Source: Selaginella moellendorffii (Eukaryota; Plantae; Lycopodiophyta). Taken from it: a DNA stretch of 64,000 nucleotides. Numbering within the stretch: the first letter of the stretch is position 1; each line of letters starts with the position of its first letter. The position numbers and the translations under genes were made by a program. Under the pieces are notes generated by a model. The model searched no databases and was not told where the DNA came from. It worked only from the letters and a program-made list of their open reading frames with translations. The DNA is taken from the NCBI RefSeq assembly GCF_000143415.4, contig NW_003314311.1, positions 726,181 through 790,180 on the forward strand. Reading direction: 5' to 3'. Below are positions 1 to 13,978 of the stretch, piece by piece.

Positions 1-347
1 AGCGTTTTCGGGGCCTACTTACTCGTAAGTTTCCTTTGGATTCTTTCGCTCGAGTTTGTCATCTCATTGTCTCGGATTCTTTTTGGTTAGCTCCTAGATT
101 TGTTCATCGAGACACCGATATGGCACGATTTCTACAACTTTGACGTAGGAACACCAGAGTATGCGAACGAGTTTATGCAATTTCTCAAGGTAAGTTTCGT
201 GAAATTCGCTAGAAATTGTTCGCCATTTTGTGTTTTTTCTCGCAGAGCCTGTCACTGTGTGGAGCTCTCTTGTACTTTGTGGGAATGAAGCGAGCGCATT
301 CGAAGAGATTTAGAAAAAAGCAGCAGATCAAAGTGAAGACAACATGA
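1..347 (+). CDS. 3' part of an HR-like lesion-inducing protein gene (exons 1-24, 91-189, 246-347)
   Basis: GT-AG splicing gives SVFGAYLL-LLDLFIETPIWHDFYNFD...FLK-SLSLCGALLYFVGMKRAHSKRFRKK...*. This matches the C-terminus of the plant HR_lesion family (FGAYLL..TPILYDFYN..GALLFFIGMK). Confidence 0.8.
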
Positions 348-728
348 AATTAAGAAAATCTACTGCATACAAATCTCCTTTTCGATTATTCTTTCCAATT
401 TTTTTTCGTTTGCTCCCTCAAGGAGCAAAGATAGATCCTCCTCTTCTTTAAAGCTTCAAAAAAGCATCTTATTCTCTTCTCTCAAAGCAATGCTTTTTAG
501 CTGGTTTCCATTTCCTTTCGAAATTTGCTTGCTTTTCACAAAAGTTCTAGTGAATCTCTTGAGTTTACTCACAATGATCTAGTGAAATCTCTAGGATTTA
601 CTTGCTTGTTCTTGGAGAAAGCGCAAGCGCGGGATCTATACACAAACAAAAGAAAGACAAAAAGGAAAGAAAAGAAAAACCACAAAACAGAGCTCTGAAG
701 AACCCTAAATTTCTACACCCCAAGAACC

Positions 729-2563
729 CTAATTCCCGCCAACGACGATATTGCTGATCCCCAGCGGCCGATCCAGCGGCCGATCCGTCTCGTTGCGCGT
801 CCTCTTCACCTTGGCGCTGCCTAGCGCGCGGTGCCGGAAGCCATAGATCTCCAGGATCTGGTTGTCCGCGAAGTTGAATGCCCGCTCCATCTGCTTGAGG
901 CATCGCTCCACCGGGTAATCGCCATAGCGGCCGCAGGGCTTGCATCCCACGAAATGCGTCACGAATGGCCACCGATCGTCGCCCAGCCCCGGGTGGTTCT
1001 TCTCGATCATTTCCTCGTACTTGTCCACCAGAATCGCCCAGTAGCCGTGGAGGTAGTAGGAGCTCTCGAGGAAGACGCGATCACCCCAGCGATCGCGCTT
1101 GGTCATGAGGAGGTAGACGAGCGCGGATTGATCGTCGGCCTCGAATGCCGGCCTCCCGGCGAGCGATGCCGTGAGGATCTTCCCGGCCTCGTCGCGGATC
1201 TTCCCCTTCGGCCCCATTGGCGCCCAATCGTCGAGGATGTCGAGCGTCCACTGGCAATTCCGGATGAGGAAGCTGCCGGTGTTGAGGCCGATCCAATTCT
1301 TCTTGTTGTAGACGAGCTCGTCCCAGCCGTGGAGGACGAAGTTGTAGTTCGCGTACTTCTCCATGGGGAGCTCGAAGACCATGTCCGTGAACATCGCGTC
1401 GCTGTCCATCCACCAGATCCATTCCACCTCCGGGTGCGCGAGGAGGAGCTTGCGGAGGAGCGGGAGCTTGGCCCAGTAGCCGGCCATCTCGTGATCGAGA
1501 TGCGCCATGTTGTAGAAGATCTCGATGCCGTGGAGCCGGCAATAGTCCACCTGGGGAAGACGAAGATAGAAAAATTAGGGTTCTTCGAAAAACGAATTTG
1601 GGGGGAACCGATGAGGAAAAATTCTTCCATGTGGGTGATTTCGACCGGAAAAGACTGGAATTTGGAGCTTCGACTGGCAGGACTGGCGAGATGGAAGACT
1701 TTGGAGAATGTGACTTCACCAATTTGAGAGGGATTTTGCAAGAACAGGGGGGAGGAGAGAAATTAGGGTTCTTGGAGGGCAATGTGGTGAAATTCTTGAC
1801 CAGCATTGTCGAAAGATGTGAATTTTCAATGCCCAAAACAAAGGAATGCGAGAAATCTTTGGAAATCCGGAACAAAACGAGAGAAGTCAAGGATTCTCAG
1901 AGCCCGGAGATTAATCCCGACGGAATCTAGAGACCCAAAACTCCAAGCAAGGAAAAGGAGCTCTGGATGAAGCAAAACCAGCAATCCAAGCAGGAGATGG
2001 AGGAAGAAGAGACAGCAAAAACTCTCCAGAGAAGAGATCTAGGCCTATGGGACTGAGAGACTCACCTTGTTCTTGATGGCCTTGAGGAGGTAGTGATCCC
2101 CAACTGGATTGTCACAGGGCTTGGGCTGCGATCCAGTGACGAGCAAAATCCTGGGCTTGCCATTTACCACCGCGGGCATGTGTGGATTCTTGCGCAGCCA
2201 CTCGCCGCGCTGCTCGTCCCAGTCGGAGATCTTCGGCCCCAGGCTATACGGCATGCCCGAGTCCACCACCTCAGCCTCCACCTCGGCCTCCTCCTCGGCT
2301 ATGGCGCTGCTCGAGCTCTTGGCCTCCGCCAAAACGCGCCCGGCGTCCTTCCGCCGGTGGACAGTGTCGCGGATGTCGTGAAGATCTTGTGCCGGCGTGC
2401 CAAAGCTGCCCGCGCCGATCGTCCCACGCAGCACCAGGATGGTGACGAATCCACAGAGAACCGTCATCTTGATGTTGTTGAGCGTCTTGTGGATCTGGCG
2501 GCCCTTGGCGGCGGTGGATTTAGTGGCGGCGGCGGTGGCGGCGCTGCCGCTGGAGCTCCACAT
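729..2563 (-). CDS. GT34 glycosyltransferase, xyloglucan 6-xylosyltransferase (XXT-like); exons 2563-2066 and 1550-729
   Basis: N-terminal TM segment (KMTVLCGFVTILVLRGTIG), ISDWDEQR, LLVTGSQPKPCDNPVGDHYLLK, WMDSDA (DxD), NTGSFLIRNCQW and FVTHFVGCKPC. The intron is a phase-0 GT-AG. An alternative ATG lies at 2590. Confidence 0.92.
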
Positions 2564-4062
2564 TTTGATCTTCAAGCTCTCCCCGCGCATCCTCTGCCCA
2601 GTTCGTGGGTGTTTGTTTGCGAGCTCCCTCTGTCTCAGTGGCGAGCGAGCGAGAGTGTGAGGCTTAGATCGCTCTCTGAGGAGAAATAGAGGAAGAGGGA
2701 GTGAGAGCCTTGGGATCAAACGATCGCCGCTGCTGCATTGCGGATGGATTGGGCGAAAAGCCCGAATGGATCGCGAGCTCGCAACTTTCGAGACACTCAC
2801 TATCCACGATCCGTGAGACGAAGAGGAAGAAGTGCTTCTAATCTATTTCTCTATGATAGAAATCAAATGGCTCTATCTACACTCTACTCCATCGCCATCG
2901 CCATCGCCATCGCCACCATTTCCTTCTTCTGGGCAAGGAGAGTTTTTTTCTCGCCTCTCTTCTTCTGCTCAAAGGAATGGCATTTTCTTCGCAATGTGTA
3001 AGCCGGCAAGTGACGGGCGGCCGTCACGAGTAACGGCGTTCACGCCTCACGGATGAGGAGTACGACCGCGGCCCGCGCTGTACGGCAGGCTTGTGGGGGA
3101 TGTTAACGGCGCCCGCGAACGTTATAAAATGCCACGCCAGCTCATCGCTGCGCCAGGATTCGCCACCTGGACGCCATCATAATGTCCGGCCTGCCGGCGC
3201 CCGACACAGGCATATGCCGTCCCCAAGGCAGGGTATATCTCTTTAGGTCATGGCGGCCATGTTACGTGTCACGTTCCAATTTCGTGACACTGTCCAATTT
3301 TTTTCTTTTGAACATCGTGCATGTGCATGCATTGTCGTCAAACCGCGCGATTAGAAAAGAGGGATTTGTGCTAATTAATCCACGCGGAGATTCTAGATCA
3401 CATGGAGTGAGTGACTTTCGTGCAAATATGAAATTTGGGAAAGGCGACGAAACGACTTCTGGATCGATCGATCGATCGATCGAATGGATCCAAAAACACG
3501 AAGTGCTGGAACGACCTTTGGTGCTTTGTTGTGGAAATAATAAATGGACCACAAGTAAACAACAGGAGATCCAGGGAGGAGAAATGTGGATTTAATTGTG
3601 GCAAAGCACCTGTTGCTGCTCCAGCAGCAAACAGGCCACCAATCTCTTCAAGAGAAAGGAGAGGAAAAATCTGACAAAGCAATTTCAAAGCCAGCACCAA
3701 ACAAAATCAAAGCGATTTCTTTTCGAGCAGCAGCAACAGCAGCATCTCTGCAAAAGAGTTTTTAAGCTTTGCCACCACCCTCCAAAATTCTCCGCGGATG
3801 ACATTTGGCATGATCGATCCCAAATAGCTATGGCTATTGTATAAGCGATTTCGCGTAGATTATAGCATAAAAGAATAGCTCATCCCACACGCACCCAAAC
3901 CAATAACAAATCTATCTATCCATCCGGTCACAGGAAAAAAAAAAGGAGTGTTTCTTCCAGGACGAGACGAGACAAGAAATCAAGAGAACCTTTAGAGTTT
4001 TTATCGGTGCTAGCCTTGGATCACAATCCAAGCAAAGCAAGACGATGAAAGAAAAAAAGAGT

Positions 4063-4084
4063 GAGAGAGAGAGAGAGAGAGAGA
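4063..4084. repeat. (GA)n microsatellite
   Basis: Run of GA dinucleotides seen directly. Confidence 0.9.
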
Positions 4085-5020
4085 AAAAAAAAGTGGACCT
4101 CTCGGGCTTGTTTCTCGACGTGTTCTCGTGCTCCATGCACGAAGAATTGGGTGCTTGTGTTTGTGGGGCCTTCAAACTCCTGGAGGGAATAGTTTAGTGT
4201 GGACAAGATGTAAAGTGGAAGGTGCCAGAGATTATTAGCTCACCTCTTTGCGCCTTCCAGATTGGAAACAACTTTGTTCGTCCGAGTTACTATTGGGCTT
4301 GGAGCTAGACAAAGATGATATCTCCCCGAAGATTTCTTTGGCAGAGCCTTGCAAGCGAACGCAAGCCATCATACGTCCTGTGAATCATGAGCGCAGTGCT
4401 TGTGTCACCAAGGCAGTCAAAGCTTCATGGCCCATTGATCAGTCACTTAGAAACCTGGGAACGAAGAGATCTTGTTTAAAACAATATGAAACAAAGTAAG
4501 AACCTTTGTTTTTTATGCTGCCACCAAGTGGATTGCAAAGTGCTGGCCACAGCTCATCCCTGCAAGCAAACAGGAAGAAGAAAAGGAGTGGTAGAAGTTA
4601 GAAAAAGCATATGTATGTGACTGGACCCTTGTCTAAATGATACTGCTTTTGATTGATCCAAGTTACATGTTCCAAAACCTGTAGAAACAAAAAAAAAAAA
4701 GAGAACTGGTTTAGTCGAGCCAAACGAAAGCTGGAAAGGCGAAAGAAAGACATGCCTCACACGCTCTACAACAGTGTCAGCCCATGAAAAAGCAAAGCAC
4801 CGTCATCGTCAATCTTAGAGTCGACGTCAATGGATACTGGCTTTGCTTATTGCTGTGCATTAAACTGGTCTATGATCTAAATTTTTTTTCTTTTCGTTCC
4901 CTCTCTCCCTGCAGGAGAAACTATGAATCTCATGAGAACTGTACGCACCTTGGTCCTTTCGTGAGTTATTGTTGTTGACTTGTTGTGCTTGATATAGTAA
5001 AGTCTACAGCGCGATAGCAC

Positions 5021-7294
5021 CTAAGAATTGTCAATCTCCAAGCTCTCGTTTGCCAAAAACTGCCAAGGACCCGTGGCAGTCCCCAGCCTGCATTGAAACG
5101 GCGGTTTAGCTTATGGTATCCAAAGGCTTATAGATCGTTACCTCAAAATGCCGGAAGCCATTCGAAGGCTCATGAGTACAGTCAAGCCAAGCCATACACC
5201 AGGTAAACCAAGGAAGGATGGCGCAGCGAAAAGAACCGCTGAGGAAATGATTCCAATCACTATCTGCAAAATAAAAACACTTAGCCGTCCTTGCATAAAA
5301 AAAATTCGAGTTTCGCACCATTGAGTAGGCTGCAAAGGCGAAGTCAGTTGCACCGTAAAAAATGCCATCAAACACGAACGCCATAGAGTTGATAGGCTGA
5401 GTCAAAACAGCAAACTACAAAGCAAGCATGTCAATCTAAGGATTGTATCACTAAGAAGAAAATGTATACACTTACCGGAATGATAGTGATCAATGCTTGT
5501 ATCACCAAATCATCACTGGTGAAAAGTTTTGAAAAGCGTTGGCCACCAAGTCCAAGGATTACTCCCATGATTAAACCAAACACAATGCCCAGCTGTCAGA
5601 TCGAAGCTAGTTAAAAGGAGAAACCTGCAAGAAAGGAGTACCTGCAAGACTCTAAATGTTGCCTCTTTAACCTTTTGCCCATTGTTCCGTGCCACGAAAT
5701 CGGCAATAACAGCCTTAGAAAAACAGGACTTTAGAACACGACGATAGAACATCCCCGTGGTATGTTCACCTGTCCGGCGAGCGCCAGGGAATCAGAAAGA
5801 AGAGATGCAGCCAACCAGATTTGCATGCAAATTTGATGTGCTGCCATAGGAGCTACACCCTCCTGAGCAGCCATTGAAGTTGCCAGTGTCATGGTAAGCA
5901 GTATTGCAATGGTTCGCGTGAACAACAGACCACCTATGAAAAAACTTTCAGTTCCAGAAATCTTCACAAACGTATGTGCCTTACCAGACGAAAAAAAACG
6001 TCTTAGGCCCAGTCTTGATATATCAGGCGGGATCAGGACAGCAACTTCGTTTAGTTTCACCAATAAAATGAACGCAATCACATATCTGCCAAACTAAAAG
6101 AACGTAAAAAAACATAGCAATCAGTTGCCTGCAACTCACTGTGACACGACTGTTGCCACAGCTGCCCCGGTAACTCCATATCCAAAAGAAAACATCAAAA
6201 TTGGATCCAGCACCACATTCACTATGTTCCCCGTGACTATCATCAAAACACAGGTCAGAGAACGAAAGAAAGAAAGAACAAAATTAATTTACCTGTAGCA
6301 TACAGAGGAGTTTTTGTGTCTTTAAAGCCACGAAACACTCCTTGCGTAGCTAGAGAAACAACAACTGCAGGAGCTCCCAGAGCCCGAATTGATAGATACT
6401 GCTGCGCAGGAAGACGCATTGGAGAATCCTGTTCCAAGAGAATTAGACCATTGATCTTTCAACACCAACCAACACTTACGTCCAAAATCCCCATTATTCT
6501 GAGAATTGGCCAGGCTCCAAGCAACAGCACAAGAGCCTCTATGATTCCGAGTGACGATCCCAGAAACAGCGCTGATGAAACAGACGGGTAGACGCGCTTC
6601 TCAGACTTTCCAGGCTTCTCAATGAAGTGGCCTTCTTCTGATTTGCCGCGTGTTAGTTATGCAATGCATGCTTGACTAAGTTTACCAGCGGCTTCCGTCA
6701 GCGGGATGCCTTCCTCAAAGCCGCATCCAGCAACGTTGTCCTCTGCGACGTAAGATGTCGTGATGTTGAGAAGAGGAATATTAAAGATCTTTGATATCAA
6801 GTTGAAAACCGAAATCGAGACACCTACAGCAGCTAACTCCACCGAGCCTGACAAAACAGCGAGAGTTATTAAACTAAAAGGAAAGAAGAAAGAAGAATGG
6901 CTACCTATTTGACCGATGAATGCCGTGTCCACCAAAGAAGCGAGTGGATCCGCGGCAAGTCCAAGCAATGCCGGAAGAGCGACAGCTGCAATCTCTCGCC
7001 CAAGATCATCGGCCTCAAAGACTTTCCTGAAAATTCCCAGCATAAGATTCACATTCAATGAAACAGAAAAATAAGTCACACTTACTTCGAGCTCTCCAGG
7101 AAACCACTGAATGGATTCTTCTTCGTTGCTTGTGAGGCATCACACTCCATTTGCGTTGGCTGCCTTTGGCAATTCGCTCTAAAGCAGGAGAACCGGATCG
7201 GGCTAAGGAAACCAATGCTCTGGCGGCTGAGCTCGCCAGGAGATGGAATCGTGTGGGCTAGCGTCGGAGGATTCCTGATCCACTTTTGAGACAT
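5021..7294 (-). CDS. MATE/DTX efflux transporter (FRD3/DTX42-45-like clade), multi-exon, probable N-terminal transit peptide
   Basis: Exon fragments ALPALLGLAADPLASLVDTAFIG, ELAAVGVSISVFN, RALGAPAVVVSLATQGVFRGFKDTKTP, MAAHQICMQIWLAASLLSDSLALAGQ, TQPINSMAFVFDG and a final exon LGTATGPWQFL...* (stop 5021-5023). Confidence 0.9.
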
Positions 7295-7819
7295 AGAAGC
7301 CCCGATCGATCGGGAGCTTGAAAGATCCTCCCAAAATCAAATGCCGATGCGGCAATCACTCGAAATATACCTGAATCACATCACACCGCAGAGATTTCCC
7401 AAAATGCAGCCGTAGAGCGCCTGGAGCGAGCTCCCCGGACGAACCCTAGCGCCAGGAGGATTGGCGCCATATACTCCAAGATTTAGACCACCCTGGCCAG
7501 AACTCGAATGCGTACGAAGTGCACGGACTGGCCCATTCCCATCCGGGGGAGGGGGTGACCACTGCATTGACCTCACACCCGGTACGAAATCCTGTCATCT
7601 TTTGGGCCATGGCGGTTTCGTACGCATGCCTATGGCTGACGCTGTCAAGCTCCTTCAAAAACGACGGCGACGTGGTTTTTCGATCCATTTCCTGGAAGAA
7701 GCAAAATAAAAGCGGCAAAGAGAAAGGAGCCCTGCCCTAGCTGCTGCTTTTGGAAAATTCGCGCTTCCCTTTTCTTCTTTCTTCCTTCTTGCTTGGTTTC
7801 GATCGATTGATCGATCGCG

Positions 7820-8121
7820 ATGTGCTGCGACAATTGCCACCCGATTGGCTTCCTGCTGGGACTGCCCTTCGCAATCCTCTCGTTTCTCATCTCTCTCGTG
7901 GGGGTCGTGGTGTGGATCGTCGGGTAAGCGCCCAGATCTGTGGCGAATTTTAGGGATTTTGGCTCGCGTTTGATTTTGCTTCTCTGTTTCGTGGCAGGAT
8001 CCTTCTCACCATCATCTGCCCATGCTGTATTTGCGTCGCCGCCATTGTCAATCTGGCGTTGGAGCTGATTAAGGCGCCGCTTCACGTTATACGATGGTTC
8101 ACGGAGCAAATCCCCTGCTGA
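7820..8121 (+). CDS. TAX: TAXIMIN-family cysteine-rich signalling peptide (exons 7820-7923, 7998-8121; 75 aa)
   Basis: Spliced product [75 protein letters not shown] matches the TAXIMIN signature ([10 protein letters not shown]...ICPCC...LIKAP...WFT..IPC). Confidence 0.88.
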
Positions 8122-8387
8122 TCGATTGCTCGCTCGCGCGTGTACTATCATTTTTCTGTGAATTTTAAGGTTTTCTCTTCCTATCTGACGGTTGTCCTTG
8201 ATGCTCTTCATCCAATGGCTCCTATCGTTTTTGGTGAATTTTAATCTTGTTTTTCATCCAACGGCTCCTATTTTGTTTTACGATGACCAATTTCATCCAA
8301 CGGTTCCCCTTGATTTTAAGCATCGGACGGTGGTCTGTGTTATTTTAGGGCTTATGGGAGGAGGAGCGCATTCTCTCCCCAAATGTG

Positions 8388-10800
8388 ATGTTGCCAAGGC
8401 GCGGCGCGGTGCTGGCGAGGATCTCCAGCAAGAAGCTCTTCCAGAATCGAGGTAATCTCCGGTCGATCGCCAGCGATGGCGGAGGAATGCAGGCAATCGA
8501 CGAGCTGGACGCCAATGTCGCGGCCGATCACGAGCGAGCCGCTCGTGATTACCAGAGCGGCAGCTTGGAGGAATCGATCGACAGCGAGTACGCCGAGAGC
8601 TCGCGAGCGTCTTACAGGCAGAGCGAGAGCGATGTCCGGCTGCTCGTGAGCGAAATCTTGCGATCCAACGATGTGGCCTGCGTCAAGGCGATCCTCCAGA
8701 GGTGGCTGCGGCAGATGAGCGTGGATCCACTGCGGAGCGCCGCGGCAGTGTCCTACGACGAGGTTGTTTCGGTGGCCAGCGATCTAGTCCGGGAATTTGG
8801 CACTAGGGGCTCCGTCCAGATCACGATGGCAGTCTTGGATTGGATGCAGCTCCAAAACTGGTTTCACCTCGACCCATACTTGCGAATCCACATCATCGAC
8901 GTGCTTGGAAAGGCTAGCTCTTTCGACATCGCCGTCCAGGTCTTCAACCATTTCATCAAGATCTCCGTGAAGAAGGACGCGGGCATGTACAATGCGCTGC
9001 TCCACGCGTTTTGTAAGGCCGGGAAGCTGGAGGCGGTGGACGATTTGTTCCGGGACATGAAGCAGTCGATCCGGCCAAATCATCTCAGCTACAACATCTT
9101 GATGCATTCCTACGTGAAGGCTGGGCACGAGCTGACAAAGGTGGTGAGTGTTTTCAAGGAGATGTATCTTCGAGGCGTCAAGGCCAGTGTTGCTTCATAC
9201 AACATTCTCATCGCTGCCTGTGCCACCGGGAAGCAGGCATGGGAAGCGCGGGTGTTCTTCTCAAATATGAAGAAGCAGGACCTGGAGCCCAATGTGATCA
9301 CGTATTCTTCGCTCATCAATGTCTACGTTGCTTCAGGTGAGTTTCTTACGTTTCCAGCACTTTCGTTTTTCTTTTTGGTTTCCGAGTGAAGTCGTGTGTG
9401 TTTGTGCAGTGTAGGCAATTGCGCAGCTGCGTTGGACGTGCTCCGGGAGATGGTTAAGGCCGAGGTTATGCCCAACGTGACGACGTTCTCGTGTTTGCTG
9501 CACGGGTATGGGCAAGAAGGGAAGATTGAGGAGGCGATGAAGATTTTCCAGACCATGAAAGACCTGGGGATCGAGCCGTCGGCCATAACCTTCAACATCT
9601 TGATGACTATGTACAGCAAGAGTGGACACCACGCGCTGGCTCAATCGTGTTTCCACGAGATGATCGAGTCTGGACTGGAGCCTACGTATGTAAGCTTTCT
9701 GAGCCTGATGTACTGCTTCAAGTCCGTTGGAGCATACAAAGAGGTAACTCCCTTCGTTTTGTTTGCGTGTGCCTGTCACTGACTGGTTTTGTTTCTGTAG
9801 GTACTCGGCATCTACGATGATGTCAAAAGAAACTCCTCGCTTTGTAACATCTATATATTCACCGAAGCTCTTGACGCCTGCGTAAAGTGGGGCAACTGGT
9901 CAAAGCTTGAGGGCATATTTTCTGACATGAAAGCTGCGCGCTGCGATCCAAATGTCGTTACGTGCACAGTGGTTCTTATGGCCCTGAGCTCGAAAAACTG
10001 CAAAACGGTGGAGGAGGCCACTATACTGATAAATTTTTTCAGGGAGTTCGACTCCAAGCCAATAATTATTCTCCGGTACTTGCTAATGGAGACACTCGAC
10101 GACGACCAGGTGAGCCGATCTATCTGGTTTTCAGTTTCTTACCAACACCAAATGGCATTCCCAGGTGGAAGCTCTTGTCTTGGAGCTGGGAAAGGTGATC
10201 AGCCCGGACAACGTAAAGACCTGGAAGATTTTCACGTCGGGTCTTATAGACGCGTTATGGACACTGGGCTGGCACCGCCGCGCGGCAATCATCCTTAAGT
10301 GGACGCTACAGAGGGGCTACCGCGAGTGCCAGTGCCTGCTAAACCGGCGAGAGTGGAGGCTGGATTTGAGAAACTTGTCCGTGGGAGCAGCACAAGTTGC
10401 CTTCTACCAGTTTTTGAAGTGGCTCGAGGAGGCTGCCCAAGCTACCGCGAGAGAAGACGCTCCAGAGCCAGGCTTTGACAAGAGATCCGAGGCATCGTCG
10501 CCGGCAGCGCTAGAGATCTCTCTGGAGGCGCTTGTTCCGGCGGGGCCGATCGAGAGGGTGTTCCCGGACTTCGTGAACTTTCCAGCGTTTGTCACGGTTG
10601 TGACGGGGTGGGGGAAGTTTAGCAAAGTGGAGGGCGAGTCCGTGGTGCGCGAGGCTGTGGAGAGGGAGATTGTGAAGCTGGGGATTCCTTTCACGAGACT
10701 GGCGGGGAGCTGGAGGATTGAAGGGCGGAGCTTGAGGATGTGGCTTCTCACAGCCGACATGAGCAAGAAGTTGCTTGTGTCGGACTCGGCTGGAAGTTAG
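8388..10800 (+). CDS. P-class pentatricopeptide repeat protein with C-terminal SMR domain (exons 8388-9336, 9415-9743, 9801-10109, 10165-10800)
   Basis: Tandem 35-aa PPR motifs (YNALLHAFCKAG, PNVITYSSLI, PNVTTFSCLLHGYGQEG) and SMR motifs WRLDLRNLSVGAA...VTVVTGWGKFSKVEGESVVREAV. Three short GT-AG introns keep the frame. Confidence 0.9.
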
Positions 10801-12610
10801 CTCATTTTTCTATGTTCTAGAAAAGGTTCTACAGTAAAAATGAAAGCATGAGAAAGAAATTTGTTTCAATGGCAATACAACACCATTAACACATGAAATT
10901 AATTAGTATGCATTATTCACCTTGTCACCACTCAACTTCAACAATTGGTATTGCCCACTCCTTCAGTGTTCGATGGTAATCAGTATGGAATATGGCAAAG
11001 TCATAAATATACCACTCTATGATGAGATATTGCTGACTGGTTTCTTGATCATATCCATGAAAAGAATGGGATTTGCCATTGAGAGAAGCATCACACCCAA
11101 AGAGAGTGTTACCAATTACAACTCTATCCCCAAAATTGAGGCCATATTTCTCCATATACTTTAATACCTCAAGTCCAATATCATTTTGTTTGGATCTGCA
11201 CTGTATTGATAGTTCCTTTTGAGACTCATTTGTAATTATGACAGTTTTTACTGGAAATAATCCTGCTTGTGAGTATCAAAAGTAACATAAGATCAGAAAA
11301 ACACATAAAAGCTATGACATATATATTACTAAGAAAAGTGTGATTAAAACACACAAAAAGGACCAATTTAGAAGGCTTGAGTATTGTATTCTCAATTTAA
11401 TAAACTAAACAACACTTTAAAAGTCATACAAACAAACAATTCAATAGCTTTGGTAAAGCCTGCAAAATAATAACTATGTCTTCAAACTACCTATTATCCC
11501 TATAATAGGCCTCTAAAATCTCAACACCAAGATTAGTATGTAAAATGAAGCTAAACAAAATTTGGCATTATTTCAAATACTGGTGACCTAACATAAGGAT
11601 TTAGATACTCCACTAGCTAACATAGAACATGGGTTTACCCAAGTTGGATCCAAAACAAAGATACACACACTCAAAAGGGAGCCAAATAGTGTTTTAAAAA
11701 ATCATACCTTTAACCATTACCCCTATTATATATTTGTAAACCCTTGGGATGCAAAATAAACTTTCATATTAAGAGATAAACTCAAAAACTTCCTATATAT
11801 GGAATAACATTAGATTGTGAATCAATAAGCCATAAAATTTCCTTTTATAATTTGCTAACTTATATTGCCTACCCAACCAACTTCACCATGTTTGTAGTTA
11901 CACTATAAGGTACTTGATTATAAATTTTATTATTTTTACTGATCTGTAAAATTATTATGAGTTTTAGTAATAAAAAAAGTGAAATGATTATAACAGTTTA
12001 CTTCATAGTTTACTTACTAGTTTGATTTATGGTTTAAATAACATGGTTTATTTACTAATTTATGTATAAATTATATACTTTATACATTAAGAGCTATGAA
12101 AGAATTTACAATCGAATAGTCTTTTTTGCTATGGCCACCTTCCTTGTTTCTAGAGGGCATCCAGCTCTTAGGTAAAGGATTTTCAGTGCCTAGACTTGTG
12201 ATAAAGAACTTGGACATCTTAATCATCACCTAGCCTTGATAAAATTCTCAAATCTATCACTGAGCAGGAGTTATGGTTGCAATATAAGTATTTACTTGGC
12301 TTTGACTAGCTTATAGTGTTTCCTCAAAAGCTCTAGTTTTCTAGCTGTGCCATGGCATGTGCTTGCATCTCACACTAAGGTTTCTTGCTATATCTAGGTT
12401 TTCTAGTTTATAAGAGTTTCATTACCAGCTATAGCATCATCCAGCTCTCTATTCACACTCTCTTCATCCTTTGTTTCAAGGTTTATCTGCCAGATCTAGG
12501 TGAGGGTAAATCATGTTATTCACGGTGCTCTACAAAATGTTGCCCTCAAGCTTGCCCCACAACCAACTAGACAATATCATGCCAAGTGTGCTAGAGTTAG
12601 CAAGTAAAAT

Positions 12611-12634
12611 CTCTCTCTCTCTCTCTCTCTCTCT
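12611..12634. repeat. (CT)12 microsatellite
   Basis: Seen directly. Confidence 0.9.
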
Positions 12635-13589
12635 AAGTGTAACAATGCTAGCAACCTTAGTATTGTAACAGGTTTTCTTGTGAGGGTGGTGAGAGCATCT
12701 TTAGGCATGAGGAGGAACTAGCAACCATGGATAAGTGTTGCGCATATAGCTATAAGTATAAAAAATTCCTTATTGGTGAATCCTTTCAAATATTTTTCTC
12801 TTACTACCACGACAATAAAAGGTTAGTACCATTAGTTATTTTTATTTGGGGGTTCTAAATGTATAGTGAAAATAGTGGGTAGATCAGGTATATCCAACCA
12901 ATATAAGGCATAATTTAACTCTTACTTGCGTGTCTATTTTTGTTTTGCATTTAACTTAACTTAAGCCCAAACTCTATACCATGCTAGTTGGTGCAGTATA
13001 AGTGTGGACCACACTTGAGCTCATGAATTGAAATGTTGAGCTCAATTTTCAATTATAATTTATTATAAATATTATAGATTTTAAAAAATTAAGATTATGG
13101 CAAACCTGACTTTATACTAGGGGTATAATATATTTTAAATAGCCATTAATCAATGAAAATAAAACCCATCCTATTTGTTTTAATACCACATGTAACACAC
13201 TATCTTTCTCCCCTTAAAAATTTAACTAGACAAGGAGCAATTGCTTAGTGAAAAAGCCCTTAGTGGCTATTTTATCCCCATTTATCTTTCAAAGTTTCAA
13301 GGATCCATAGTGATAGTATATTCAAATTTCATTGTATAATCACATGCACTACAAAAGTCTATACTAACATCATCACTAACAAATAAAAAGTGACACTTTA
13401 AGCAAACAATCTTTAAGTCACCAATAAAAGCTTAAGGAATATACTCTATAAGTGTGCCATGAACCATTTTCTCAACTGTAGTTGGGCTAGCAGAGTCATC
13501 TTTTTCTTCATCGTATTGTGTAACATCTTTATAGAAGGCCTTATTCTAATTTATCTTCCTTCCTCAAATGCTAATGCTTTTGAAGATTG

Positions 13590-13976
13590 TGTTAGGAATC
13601 CCCCAATTCTTGCCACATTCCTGACTCTCGCCGGATTTCTGACCTGCAGACCACATTCCTGATTCTTGAGACACTTCCCTATTCCTGACTCTCGAGACAC
13701 TTCTTTATTCCTGACTCTCTGATTTCCTGTATGATTCCTGAGTCTCGAGCCACATTCCTGATGTTGATGTGGCGCCTCCTCGACCTCAGCTATATTTAGG
13801 CCGTCCTCGATTCAAGAGTGGTGGAGCTTCATCAACCTATAGTATATATAGGTTAGCCTTGTTCCATTTCTCCACAATCTGAATCAACGCCAATCTAAAG
13901 CTTCTTCTTTGTTTCCACTAGCTTTTCTCTTTGTCTTTTGCATTTTCCAGTCTTGATCTTGTTGGGGGTCTTGACA
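13590..13976 (+). repeat. 5' LTR (387 bp)
   Basis: TGTTAGGAATCCCCCAA...TTGGGGGTCTTGACA. It has one extra 26-bp internal repeat unit relative to the 3' LTR. Confidence 0.95.
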
Positions 13977-13978
13977 GT

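Noticed and set aside
598-2689. Overlapping antisense and alternate-frame ORFs over the GT34 gene
   Set aside because: Shadow ORFs of GC-rich codon usage.
7446-7690. 81-aa Trp-rich ORF upstream of MATE on the - strand (possible uORF or small gene)
   Set aside because: No recognisable motif, so it cannot be supported without expression or homology data.
10925-11270. Possible F-box/kelch-like gene relic (also about 53330-53740)
   Set aside because: Too decayed to assign by eye.
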